Origin: a virus
Taxonomy: Duplodnaviria > Caudoviricetes
Reading direction: 5' to 3' (one strand)
DNA length: 43,103 bases
IMG/VR virus record: IMGVR_UViG_3300032257_000031
Span: 1 to 43,103 of that record
The notes under the pieces are model-generated. The model did not search any database. It worked only from the letters and a program-made list of their open reading frames with translations, and had not been told where the DNA came from. Below are positions 1-8,689 of this stretch, piece after piece (the stretch's first letter is position 1; each line of letters opens with the position of its first letter). The translations under genes and the position numbers were made by a program.

Positions 1-127
1 GTTCGAACTAACTGGCGGACAGTACGGGTATGAGGGGGCTAATTGGGGCAACCCAACTGCGTTAGGCGCTTTTGGCTATCAACAGGGAGACACCTTCGAT
101 ACAGCAGGATCAAACGTCCAGAACTTA
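1..127. repeat. 127-bp direct repeat of the contig end (circular overlap)
   Basis: 1-127 (gttcgaactaact...ccagaactta) is identical to 42977-43103, and an ORF reads through the junction. Confidence 0.95.
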
Positions 128-808
128 GGCGGTGGGTTTTACTATGACGCATACGATGAACAGCTATATGCGCCAGAAGGAACCACCAGAGGGCAAATTC
201 CCCTTTACGTCAAAAACTACCTTGGCAATGGCAGTAATTTAATATATTACAACCCAGAAACAGCACCAGTTGATGATGGCGGCGGCGGCGGCGGCGGCGC
301 GGGCGGCGGTGGAGCGGGCGGCGGCGATACTGGTCAGACTGGATTTGATTGGCGCACATCGCCTTCTTACCAATTCCGCCTAAACCAAGGCCTGCAATCA
401 CTGGATAGGGGTTACGGTGGCTTAGGACAAAGGCTGTCTGGAAATCGCTTATTGGGTCTTCAAGAGTTCGCCCAAAACACAGCCTCACAAGAATACCAAA
501 ACGTCTTTAATAATATTGGTACTCTGGCGGGTCTTGGGGCAAATGCTACATCGATTAGCGCAGGATCAGGCAATACAGCCGCATCTAACGTCGGCAACCT
601 CTCAGGCCAAATAGGGGCAGCTCAAGGGCAAGGGGCAGCAAACGCGGCCAATATCGGCCTAGCCAGCGGCATTAACACCGGCAACACTATCGGTAACGCA
701 GTCGGCGGCTTTATTAATAACGGCGGGTTTGGGGGTGGTATTAATACCGGATCTGCTCCAAATACTGATATTAACTCTCTCGGCTCAGCCGCGACCTTCT
801 TCGGGTAA
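2..808 (+). CDS. 3' part of a 359-aa gp7-like DNA ejection protein whose ORF starts at 42705 and crosses the junction
   Basis: Frame is open from ATG 42705 through the junction to TAA 808. SPSYQFRLNQGLQSLDR...QEFAQNTASQEYQN...LAGLG is typical of P22 gp7-like pilot proteins; Gly/Ala/Asn-rich tail. Confidence 0.8.
   Translation, partial: FELTGGQYGYEGANWGNPTALGAFGYQQGDTFDTAGSNVQNLGGGFYYDAYDEQLYAPEGTTRGQIPLYVKNYLGNGSNLIYYNPETAPVDDGGGGGGGAGGGGAGGGDTGQTGFDWRTSPSYQFRLNQGLQSLDRGYGGLGQRLSGNRLLGLQEFAQNTASQEYQNVFNNIGTLAGLGANATSISAGSGNTAASNVGNLSGQIGAAQGQGAANAANIGLASGINTGNTIGNAVGGFINNGGFGGGINTGSAPNTDINSLGSAATFFG
278..325 (+). repeat. (GGC)n microsatellite encoding a poly-Gly linker
   Basis: GGC x7 followed by GCG GGC GGC GGT GGA GCG GGC GGC GGC. 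Confidence 0.85.
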
Positions 809-813
809 CTATT

Positions 814-2220
814 ATGCAACCAGTACCAGCGCAACTACTCAACGCTCTCGCCACTCAAGGACAGGGAATACGCCAAGAATTACGCGGACAAGAAACGCAT
901 CAAGCCAATTTAGCCGCGATGGGTCAGCAGGGGAAGCTTCGAGATCAGCAGCTACAAAAAGGAAAGCTCGATTTAGAGGCTTTAGGTATTAAAAAACAGC
1001 AGCGCCAGCAATGGAATCAAATTCTAGAATCAGATGTATTTAAAAGCGGCGATCAAGCAACCCAGCAACAGCTTGCAGAAAGCGTAGGGATGGGCGAAGA
1101 ATACTCAAACCAGCTTAAAAGAATAAACTCTCTTTCAGACAGGCAAAAAGAGGCGGAAAACGCCAAGATCGAAGGGGAGGTGAATAAATATGCCGCTATG
1201 CTGCAATTCCCTCCAGAAATTGCCGCACAGAAATACAACGAACAACTGTCCGCGCTAGGCAAGCCTGCCAATGCAACAGCAGCGGACGCATACGCTCGCA
1301 TAAAATCAAACATGATTGAGTTAAATGCGGTAACAGATGCGTCAAAGAAAGCCCTTGCAGCGACTAAATCTAGTCGGCCTGTCGCTATCAAAAGAGGCGG
1401 CAAAAACATCTACGTTGATCCTCAAGAGGCGCTAGGAGAAGAAAAGGCGGGGGGCGCAACTAGTGCAGGCCGCGTAATCGAGACAACTAAAGGCTACTCC
1501 CGCGTGAATGAAGACAACAGCCTAACCCCTATTCTTGATAAAGACGGTAATCAGGTAAGATCACAATCTACCGCCAATGCTATCGTCAGGGATGAAAACG
1601 CCAAGAAAAACATAGAATTAAGAAAACAGCGCGAGAAGACCCGCAGAGATCAGCTTGCCTTACGCAAGAAATCCTATGAATTACGCGACAAAAAGCACAC
1701 TGACAAGCTCTATGGCGAATTTGCTGACGACTTCCGGACAGATACAAAGGTTCTCAATGGCATGACAGAAGAAATCGAGGGGGCGCAGTCTATTCTTAGC
1801 AAGAAAAACCCAACGCCCGCCGATACCGCTACGTTACAGCGTTTCCTTGCTGGTGTCCGTAAGGCAAACACAAGAGCGCAGTCTGAGATTGATGCTTGGA
1901 GTCCTGGCGAGGTTGGTGATTTGATTGAAAGAATCGAAGGCTCTCTATCTGGATTCTTTGCTGGCGAATACTCTGAGCGTGAAAACGCCATGACATCTAG
2001 GGCGCTAGACGAGCTAATGGATAACTTTATCAACCCGGCTTACGAAAGATTTGACACGTTCTACTCAATGAAGGCCAAAAGACGCGGCATGAACCCCGAT
2101 GAGATTATCCGTGATCGCTATAAAGGCGAAAAGAAGATCCCCAAAGCAGGGGACGTAAAGGGCGATTATAAGTTCTTAGGCGGAGATCCAGCCATTAAAG
2201 ATAATTGGGAGAAGATTTAA
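814..2220 (+). CDS. DNA ejection / internal virion protein (P22 gp20-like position)
   Basis: 468-aa Gln/Ala/Lys-rich helical protein between the gp7-like gene and the large ejection gene. Confidence 0.6.
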   Translation: MQPVPAQLLNALATQGQGIRQELRGQETHQANLAAMGQQGKLRDQQLQKGKLDLEALGIKKQQRQQWNQILESDVFKSGDQATQQQLAESVGMGEEYSNQLKRINSLSDRQKEAENAKIEGEVNKYAAMLQFPPEIAAQKYNEQLSALGKPANATAADAYARIKSNMIELNAVTDASKKALAATKSSRPVAIKRGGKNIYVDPQEALGEEKAGGATSAGRVIETTKGYSRVNEDNSLTPILDKDGNQVRSQSTANAIVRDENAKKNIELRKQREKTRRDQLALRKKSYELRDKKHTDKLYGEFADDFRTDTKVLNGMTEEIEGAQSILSKKNPTPADTATLQRFLAGVRKANTRAQSEIDAWSPGEVGDLIERIEGSLSGFFAGEYSERENAMTSRALDELMDNFINPAYERFDTFYSMKAKRRGMNPDEIIRDRYKGEKKIPKAGDVKGDYKFLGGDPAIKDNWEKI

Positions 2221-5030
2221 TGAACGAGCCTTGGCTGGAATACGAGCAGCCTAATAACGACTTGTCCGGCCAACAGATCCCAAAAGAATCTCAATCATCT
2301 ACGTCGGGCGTGACTCGAGAGGTTTCTACAACAAACTCAGAGTCGCCCGCACCGTGGGAAAGCTACCAAAAGGAAGAAGAAGCCGCGCCAGATTACAGCC
2401 TATTAGACAGGGCCACCCAGTACGCGTCTGGCTTTAATGAGATTATACCCAATACATTAGGGCTGCTAGGCGACGCTGCGGCAGGCATCCAGAATCTTCG
2501 CCCATCTTATGAAAACTACATGCAGCCAGAAGATTTGCCGAAACAGCCTACCGTTGAAGCAGATTATGGATCTGAGTTTTTCAGGGGTATAGCGAAAGAC
2601 ATTAACATGATCGGTGGCGACGAAACGGCTTTTACAAGGGCTGGTAACTATACATCGCTCGGCCTGTCTTTCTTGACCGGCGCAAGGGCTTTGCTTGGCT
2701 CGAAAATGAGCCGAAATATCAAAGACGTGAGAAGCGGAAAACCTGTTAGCTTGAAGCGTGACGTGACTCGGCGCATTGGTGAGAAAATGACCGCGCCTTT
2801 GACAGAATCGCCGGGGGCGACAATCGCGACAGAATTTGCTGGTTCTGGTGGTGCAGTATTAGGGGGAGAAATAGCCGCTGATACTCTGGGTGAAAACTGG
2901 CGTATGCCGTTCGAGTTAATCGCTGGCGTTCCTTCTGCTATGGCTGGCAATCTCGGCTATCGCTTTGCAAAAGTAACAGCCCCAACAATCCGCCTTGATT
3001 TAGAAAAGACGTTTCCGTTAGCGGTTGAGGCTGGCGGCCTTGCTGGTCTTGCGAAAAAGGGTTATTACGGCGCAAAAGCACTAGCAAACCCTAAGACCCG
3101 TGCAGCAAAAAGACTGGCGGAGGTGTCAGAGTCCCCTTCTAAGGCGCTAAAAGCACTAGAAACCGACCCAGAAAGAGTGCTGCCCGGCTTAAAGCAAACG
3201 CCAGCATCAAAAACTGGCGATCAGCATCTCATGGCGCTTGAGCAGGAAGTAATCAACGAAAACCCTGCTTTGTACAACCTAATCAAAGGCGAGTCTGCTA
3301 ATAATTACGACTTGATCCGACAAGAAATAAAGTCATTGTACAGCGACTTCCCTGTTGAGTTAGCGCAAGCAGAGCTACGCAAGAACACTGACGCGCAAAT
3401 CGCATTGCTGGACACGTCTTTGGCTAAGGCTAGAGATAAGGTGAAAGTGGCTATTGCAGCTTTAGGGCCTAATGCTGATAGACCTACGATCAACAAAATG
3501 ACAAGTGAAATCATTGAGGACGCGGCCAATACAGCCAAAATGCATGAAAAGCAGCTATGGTCTGTGATTGATGAAGATCTTTTGGTCAGCAACGACGCGC
3601 TATTATCAATAAAAGACAGTTACACAAAGCATATAGCGAGCATTATGGATGTTTCTGACATACCTAGTGTGCTGAAAAACCAATTAGGCAAAATGAAAGG
3701 CACAGAGCTTGTTGGCGGCGACACCTCTAAACTCGGCAAACTTGGTGGGCTGAAAAACCTGAGATCTTCTGTTATGACGGCAATCAGGTCTGAGAAGTCT
3801 GATCAATCACCTAACTGGAATAAAGTTAGGCTACTTCACAATTTTCAGCAAGACGTTCTTGATCAAATGCGGGTAACGGACAAATCGCCACACTTAGATA
3901 CAGCAATTGCTTTTTCTGGCGAGATGAACAGGAAGTTTCGGCAAGGCGCAGTAGGTAAGATTCGCGGCTATGACCCAACGGGCGGCGGCAGAATTGAGCC
4001 TGAATTAACACTTGAGCGCACAGTTGGCACAAGAGGCCCAGAAGCAGGCGTAGCAGCGAGACAGCTATCCGACATACAAGAAGTGGGCGGCAAACAGCTT
4101 CTACAAGAAGATCCTGCTAATCTTGTTCAGGAATACGTCAAGTCAAGAATCAAGATAGCGTCGCCAGATGGCAAGGTACGGGAAGCAACCGCGCTTACAT
4201 TTCTTGATAACAACCAAGACCTTATCGTTAGATTCCCCGCACTTGGCGCACAAGTAAAGCGCGCTATCCAGTTGGAACATTCTTATAAGGCTCTGGAAAC
4301 AGAGGTTATAGCAATGAAAGGCGGCTCAGACCTACGATTAACAGCTAAGCTCTTAGATAAATCCCCCGGTGACTTTGCCAGAACAATACTGTCTACGGGT
4401 AGCGGAGCTAAAGAAACTGCCCGCGTATGGAAGCAATTAAGCCCGAAAGCACGAAAAGCCATGACGGGCGACTTTTTAGAGTTTTTACAAAGGCATGGGC
4501 GTACACCACCAGATCAAAATGGTCACTATGGGCTGGATGGAAATAAGATGCGCGCCATGTACTTGCAGCATGAAAAATCATTTAATCATGTTCTTGATGG
4601 CGGTCAAAAGAAACGCCTTAACCAAATTATTAATTCAATATCTGAGTCACAATTCCCTAAGGAGGGCACGCCAAAGGTTGAGGGAGGCATGAACGACCTT
4701 CTAGCATCTATATTCCGCGTTCCGGCTAGAATATTGGGCGCAAAGATCGGGGCAAAAGCAGGTGGCGGTAAAAATGCTGGCGTTTCACTTCAAGCCGCTC
4801 AATTAGGCGCATCCAGAGCGCAAGGGATATACGAGAACCTCAATCCAGATAAAGCTGCGAAACTCTTAAATGATGCCGTGCTAGACGAAAAGCTGTATAA
4901 AAGCCTTTTACTGGAAGCCGAGCGAATTAAGAGCAGCAGCAAGGCGTTTAAATTGCCCCGTAGACCTAAATACTCAGTATTTCAAGCGTGGATGATAGCC
5001 AACGGCATTCAGGAGTTCCAAGAAAAATGA
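2220..5030 (+). CDS. Large DNA ejection / internal virion protein (P22 gp16-like position)
   Basis: ATG 2220 overlaps the upstream TAA (TAATG); ~936 aa; N-terminal PWxxY repeats; last gene before the lysis cassette. Confidence 0.6.
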   Translation: MNEPWLEYEQPNNDLSGQQIPKESQSSTSGVTREVSTTNSESPAPWESYQKEEEAAPDYSLLDRATQYASGFNEIIPNTLGLLGDAAAGIQNLRPSYENYMQPEDLPKQPTVEADYGSEFFRGIAKDINMIGGDETAFTRAGNYTSLGLSFLTGARALLGSKMSRNIKDVRSGKPVSLKRDVTRRIGEKMTAPLTESPGATIATEFAGSGGAVLGGEIAADTLGENWRMPFELIAGVPSAMAGNLGYRFAKVTAPTIRLDLEKTFPLAVEAGGLAGLAKKGYYGAKALANPKTRAAKRLAEVSESPSKALKALETDPERVLPGLKQTPASKTGDQHLMALEQEVINENPALYNLIKGESANNYDLIRQEIKSLYSDFPVELAQAELRKNTDAQIALLDTSLAKARDKVKVAIAALGPNADRPTINKMTSEIIEDAANTAKMHEKQLWSVIDEDLLVSNDALLSIKDSYTKHIASIMDVSDIPSVLKNQLGKMKGTELVGGDTSKLGKLGGLKNLRSSVMTAIRSEKSDQSPNWNKVRLLHNFQQDVLDQMRVTDKSPHLDTAIAFSGEMNRKFRQGAVGKIRGYDPTGGGRIEPELTLERTVGTRGPEAGVAARQLSDIQEVGGKQLLQEDPANLVQEYVKSRIKIASPDGKVREATALTFLDNNQDLIVRFPALGAQVKRAIQLEHSYKALETEVIAMKGGSDLRLTAKLLDKSPGDFARTILSTGSGAKETARVWKQLSPKARKAMTGDFLEFLQRHGRTPPDQNGHYGLDGNKMRAMYLQHEKSFNHVLDGGQKKRLNQIINSISESQFPKEGTPKVEGGMNDLLASIFRVPARILGAKIGAKAGGGKNAGVSLQAAQLGASRAQGIYENLNPDKAAKLLNDAVLDEKLYKSLLLEAERIKSSSKAFKLPRRPKYSVFQAWMIANGIQEFQEK

Positions 5031-5410
5031 ACAAGAGCGATAAAAAATATCTATTCGGTATGGAGGTAGCGACTCTCCTGAGTCTTGCTGGCGGATTTAT
5101 TTTAACTATCGTGGCGATTGGAGTGGCCTACGGGGTAATATCAACAAAACTTGAGGCCAGTGAAGCGGCAGATCAGAGCCAGTGGACGTATATAGAAAAA
5201 ATAGAGGTTCGGCACAGGGATGATACAGCTATTATAAGAAAGGAAGCTCAAGAGCGCGAAATCAGACAAAGGGAAGAAATGCACGAAGCGATGCGCGATC
5301 TAAAAGATGATATTGAGGACAAGCTAGACGATAGATTCCAGGATCTACAAGATAACATATCTGAAACAGTAGAGAGATCTGTTAAGTCGGCTATCGGTGG
5401 TGGTAAATGA
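5027..5410 (+). CDS. Single-TM coiled-coil protein of the lysis cassette (holin-like)
   Basis: ATGA overlap at 5027; hydrophobic segment LLSLAGGFILTIVAIGVAYGVI then a charged helix; directly upstream of the endolysin. Confidence 0.5.
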   Translation: MNKSDKKYLFGMEVATLLSLAGGFILTIVAIGVAYGVISTKLEASEAADQSQWTYIEKIEVRHRDDTAIIRKEAQEREIRQREEMHEAMRDLKDDIEDKLDDRFQDLQDNISETVERSVKSAIGGGK

Positions 5411-5799
5411 GCAAATTTAGCCGCCAATCACAGGAAAGGCTTTTAGAGTGCGATCCTGATTTACAGGAGCTATTCACTCACGTTCTACAAATACACGACT
5501 GCTCAATACTCGAAGGGTTTAGAGGGCAAGAACAGCAAAACGAGTATTTTAGGACTGGAAAATCTAAAGTTAAATACCCCAACGGAAAGCACAACCAAAG
5601 ACCAAGCAAGGCTATTGATGTAGCCCCTTACCCGATTGACTGGAACAACACTAAAAGGTTTTATTATTTTGCAGGTATCGTAAAGGCGGCTGCTTATTCG
5701 TTAGGCTTAAAGATAAGATGGGGAGGCGATTGGGACTCAGATAACGATCTGAATGACCAAGCGTTTATGGACTTAGTTCATTTTGAATTAGAGGATTAA
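5407..5799 (+). CDS. Endolysin, M15 family L-Ala-D-Glu peptidase (T5 Lys-like)
   Basis: EGFR, KH...SKAIDVAPYPIDW, IRWGGDW and DLVHFEL Zn-peptidase motifs. Confidence 0.9.
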   Translation: MSKFSRQSQERLLECDPDLQELFTHVLQIHDCSILEGFRGQEQQNEYFRTGKSKVKYPNGKHNQRPSKAIDVAPYPIDWNNTKRFYYFAGIVKAAAYSLGLKIRWGGDWDSDNDLNDQAFMDLVHFELED

Positions 5800-5801
5800 A
5801 C

Positions 5802-5984
5802 ATGAAAGGATATAGAACATTGGTATTTAATGTCGCAGCGGCAGCAGGCACGATAGCTACTCTTTTCGGTGCAGATATTCCGCCTGAAAAGCTAGACACT
5901 GTGGCAACAGGGCTAGTTTCCTTAATTGCATTAGGCAACCTGGTGCTGAGAGCGGTTACTGACTCGGCTATATTTAAGAAGTAG
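5802..5984 (+). CDS. Small two-TM holin-like protein
   Basis: MKGYRT start, two hydrophobic helices, LRAVT...KK end; follows the endolysin. Confidence 0.6.
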   Translation: MKGYRTLVFNVAAAAGTIATLFGADIPPEKLDTVATGLVSLIALGNLVLRAVTDSAIFKK

Positions 5985-6252
5985 GTTTATTAATTAGTTC
6001 ACTTATTCTGTCGGCTACAGCCCTTATCTCGGTTGAGCAGTTATAGAAATTTCTCTCGCTATTGTCTGCGGTCGCCTCCAATTCATCAACCAGCTTCTCT
6101 AAATCCTTTACTGGTATGGATGGCTCACCATGATCAATATGCCCTACAGTACCTACGTTTACGGCGATATAATAATTGCAGGTTTTGGCTAATTCGCCAA
6201 GTTCAGTAAACCTACAATCTGGTTTATTCTTACAGGTATCACATAAACTCAT
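5974..6252 (-). CDS. Small protein with Cys cluster and an EF-Tu G1-like motif (VNVGTVGHIDHG)
   Basis: ORF track; motif read directly at 6162-6127. Confidence 0.7.
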   Translation of the reverse strand: MSLCDTCKNKPDCRFTELGELAKTCNYYIAVNVGTVGHIDHGEPSIPVKDLEKLVDELEATADNSERNFYNCSTEIRAVADRISELINKPTS

Positions 6253-6782
6253 CACTCTCCCCCTGTGTTGGTAGTCGGGATAAATAATCCATGATTCTCG
6301 TGAAAATCATATTTTATATTGGCGGCTTTCCTTGCCTCAATTGCATCATCCTTATTGATAAACAGGCCAAGATTAATAAACTGGTTATTGACTTTGATCT
6401 GCGCTCTCCATTTCCTCGACCTTTTAATGAAAGTAACGCCAGTAAACCCGCTGGTATTATTTATGCGTAAAGTTCTGTTTTTGCAATTAACCAAATGAGG
6501 CGCTTCTCTCAGATTGCATATCCTGTTATCAGCCCTGCTGTGATTAATGTGGTCTAGGCTGGTTTTTGGCCACTCCCCGTAAACATAAAGCCAAGCAAGC
6601 CTATGCGCCCGATGATATTCACGATCCAAATTAATAAACCTATACCCTAAGTCATTTATTCCGCCAGCAATTGAGCCATCCGACTTGCCTCTGCGGAGCT
6701 TTTTCCACTTAAACAACCCAGTATCAGGATCGTAACTAAGTAATTCTTTTAATCGAGCTTGTGTTAATATCTTGTCAGGCAT
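6252..6782 (-). CDS. HNH endonuclease with C-terminal AP2 domain
   Basis: YDPDTGLF, AHRLAWLY, LDHINHSRADNRICNLR, NNTSGFTGV...KWRAQI. Confidence 0.92.
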   Translation of the reverse strand: MPDKILTQARLKELLSYDPDTGLFKWKKLRRGKSDGSIAGGINDLGYRFINLDREYHRAHRLAWLYVYGEWPKTSLDHINHSRADNRICNLREAPHLVNCKNRTLRINNTSGFTGVTFIKRSRKWRAQIKVNNQFINLGLFINKDDAIEARKAANIKYDFHENHGLFIPTTNTGGE

Positions 6783-6855
6783 TGGCTTGCTTCCTCAAGT
6801 TAGTGTTAGGTGACGGGGTGTTTGTAGCACCCCATAACCGAATTATACCACATAA

Positions 6856-7197
6856 TTACCCTCTCACCTCTTTAACTGCTGCTTGGAGTAGCGCGGTGGT
6901 GTAGTCTTTATCGCAAACCTGATCGCTGTATAGGGTCTTAACTTTGCGAAAGATATGCACACCGCTTACATATCTGTGTTTCCATTTACATTTTTCAGTT
7001 AGCCAAAGGAATATTTTTTCCCGTTGCGCTGGGTTGTTTTCGGGGGAAATTTCAACCTGTATCCCGTCAAGGTCTGCGTCAGGAATTTCATAGTAGATAT
7101 ATGGGCGGTTGTGGCTGTGACGTTTATCAACACCCTCGTAAACAGAGTAACCCCATACAGCCTCAGCAATTAGTTTTGATGTTTCTGGTTTCATCAT
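6856..7197 (-). CDS. Hypothetical protein (possibly NinX-like)
   Basis: Probable start MMKPETS at 7197, overlapping the Lar stop; IAEAVWG...SPENNPAQ...ALLQAA pattern. Confidence 0.4.
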   Translation of the reverse strand: MMKPETSKLIAEAVWGYSVYEGVDKRHSHNRPYIYYEIPDADLDGIQVEISPENNPAQREKIFLWLTEKCKWKHRYVSGVHIFRKVKTLYSDQVCDKDYTTALLQAAVKEVRG

Positions 7198-7379
7198 CCT
7201 TCCTTGTTGATTCGGGTGTTCCATGCTTTGATTGCTAATTCTTCTGTGTCTTTCCAGCCTGTTTCGCAATCGCAATCTTCGCATTGCCCCCAAAAGATAT
7301 GCTCGCTATCTGGAAAATTAATAAAAACATCATGTGAGCCACAAAACGGACAAGGCTTTAACTCTGTTTGTTCTTCCAT
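7194..7379 (-). CDS. lar: Lar family restriction alleviation protein
   Basis: ELKPCPFCGS...CEDC...AIKAWNTR signature. Confidence 0.8.
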   Translation of the reverse strand: MEEQTELKPCPFCGSHDVFINFPDSEHIFWGQCEDCDCETGWKDTEELAIKAWNTRINKEG

Positions 7380-7402
7380 CCCACACCTCTTATAAGTATT
7401 GG

Positions 7403-7591
7403 TTATCTAAATTCGCGCCTAAACTTTTTGCCCCACGGCTTATATGGCTTGTTGTCAATAAACGTAGCTTTTGGTATTTCAGGAATCATCTCTATGGTAG
7501 GCGGGGACTTAGAGACCACTACATCATCTCTATTAATACCCATCTCTAGCAGAGCTAACGCTATCCCTGCATTTAACACCATTAGTTTCAT
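7403..7591 (-). CDS. Hypothetical protein
   Basis: ATG preceded by the repeated GAGTAAATAGAT leader. Confidence 0.55.
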   Translation of the reverse strand: MKLMVLNAGIALALLEMGINRDDVVVSKSPPTIEMIPEIPKATFIDNKPYKPWGKKFRREFR

Positions 7592-7612
7592 ATCTATTTA
7601 CTCTGTTATAGG

Positions 7613-7990
7613 TTAAGCAAACCCCATGCCTTTCTCGTAAAGCACCCACTTACCATGCGAGTGCCTTTGATAATGTCGCTCACTCAATGGGGCAACCAAA
7701 TGTATTCGCCAATCATGGTCGGGGTTAAGTTGCGCGATAGTCTCAGCCATAATCACAGGCAAAAAACCTTTTCTGTCGTGAAATTTTTTCATAAATAACG
7801 GTATGTGGCGATTGTATCTAGGGTTGAATCCTTGCTGCTCGTCGTAAATACAATCCTCTGCATCTAGCGAGGCGCACCCGAAGCCAACCGCAATTATAGA
7901 TTCCATTGGCAAAGTCTCATATTGATACCCGCAACATTGACAGCCACCGTGACCGCCTTTAATTCCTTCAATCAATTCAAACTTCATCAT
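7613..7990 (-). CDS. Hypothetical protein
   Basis: GGAG RBS and ATG ATG at 7990. Confidence 0.65.
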   Translation of the reverse strand: MMKFELIEGIKGGHGGCQCCGYQYETLPMESIIAVGFGCASLDAEDCIYDEQQGFNPRYNRHIPLFMKKFHDRKGFLPVIMAETIAQLNPDHDWRIHLVAPLSERHYQRHSHGKWVLYEKGMGFA

Positions 7991-8004
7991 TCTTTCTCCA
8001 TTAA

Positions 8005-8268
8005 TCAAATAACTAAAGTGTAGCCATCTTCAAAAGCCTCGGCAGGGGAGTATGATTTATACCCTCCCTTATATTGCACGTAATAGCCGCCAGCTTTTGG
8101 GTTGTGTTTTCTGAAATAATCACCATCAACGTCCATAGCAGCAAATCCTTCATCTTCGAATACAAGTTCACCGTTTCCATCTGAATCATAAACCGTGGCA
8201 CTCTTTATTTTTAATGCCCACACTTGCTTGTGGCAGTTGTACTTCGGTAGTTCCCTTGATTCTGGCAT
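8005..8268 (-). CDS. Conserved phage protein with GYYVxYxxGYxSxSPxxxFExGY motif
   Basis: GAGGAG RBS; motif common in phage accessory proteins. Confidence 0.7.
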   Translation of the reverse strand: MPESRELPKYNCHKQVWALKIKSATVYDSDGNGELVFEDEGFAAMDVDGDYFRKHNPKAGGYYVQYKGGYKSYSPAEAFEDGYTLVI

Positions 8269-8317
8269 ATCTATTTACTCCTCTTATCCCTTATGGGGTT
8301 ATTTACTCTGTTATAGG

Positions 8318-8491
8318 TTAATCAATCCCTACGGATTTAAGTTTCCGCACAATCTCTATCGACTTCGCCTTAGCCCAATCCGGCAAATTACTCATAGTGG
8401 AATCAATCTGCTCAATCACGCTTACCAATTCAGCAGCCTCACTAATGTGCATCTTGATATGTACGTATTCTTGCTTGTCTACTTCCATCAT
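8318..8491 (-). CDS. Hypothetical protein
   Basis: GGAG RBS and ATG at 8491 within a repeated leader. Confidence 0.55.
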   Translation of the reverse strand: MMEVDKQEYVHIKMHISEAAELVSVIEQIDSTMSNLPDWAKAKSIEIVRKLKSVGID

Positions 8492-8501
8492 TCTTTCTCC
8501 A

Positions 8502-8663
8502 TTAATCAACTAATTCAATGTTTTCACAACGAACCCACCAATCAATCTCAAGGCTTACAAGGCACTCGTCAAAGGCCACGCCATTAACTTCTTTTTCTTC
8601 CCCGCGATAAATACATTTCATTCCCGCGCCCCATTCGGTCTTTTTAAAATCTTCTATCGTCAT
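8502..8663 (-). CDS. Hypothetical 53-aa protein (not in ORF track)
   Basis: MTIEDFKKTEWGAGMK...WVRCENIELVD; GGAG RBS. Confidence 0.6.
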   Translation of the reverse strand: MTIEDFKKTEWGAGMKCIYRGEEKEVNGVAFDECLVSLEIDWWVRCENIELVD

Positions 8664-8689
8664 TTCTATTTCTCCATTACCCTATAGGG

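Noticed and set aside
210-488. Minus-strand Arg-rich ORF
   Set aside because: Shadow of the (GGC)n poly-Gly tract in the real plus-strand gene.
7589-8509. CRISPR array or integron attC sites
   Set aside because: Repeats occur only in pairs, are irregularly spaced and flank whole genes; no cas or integron integrase, and no clear attC palindromes.
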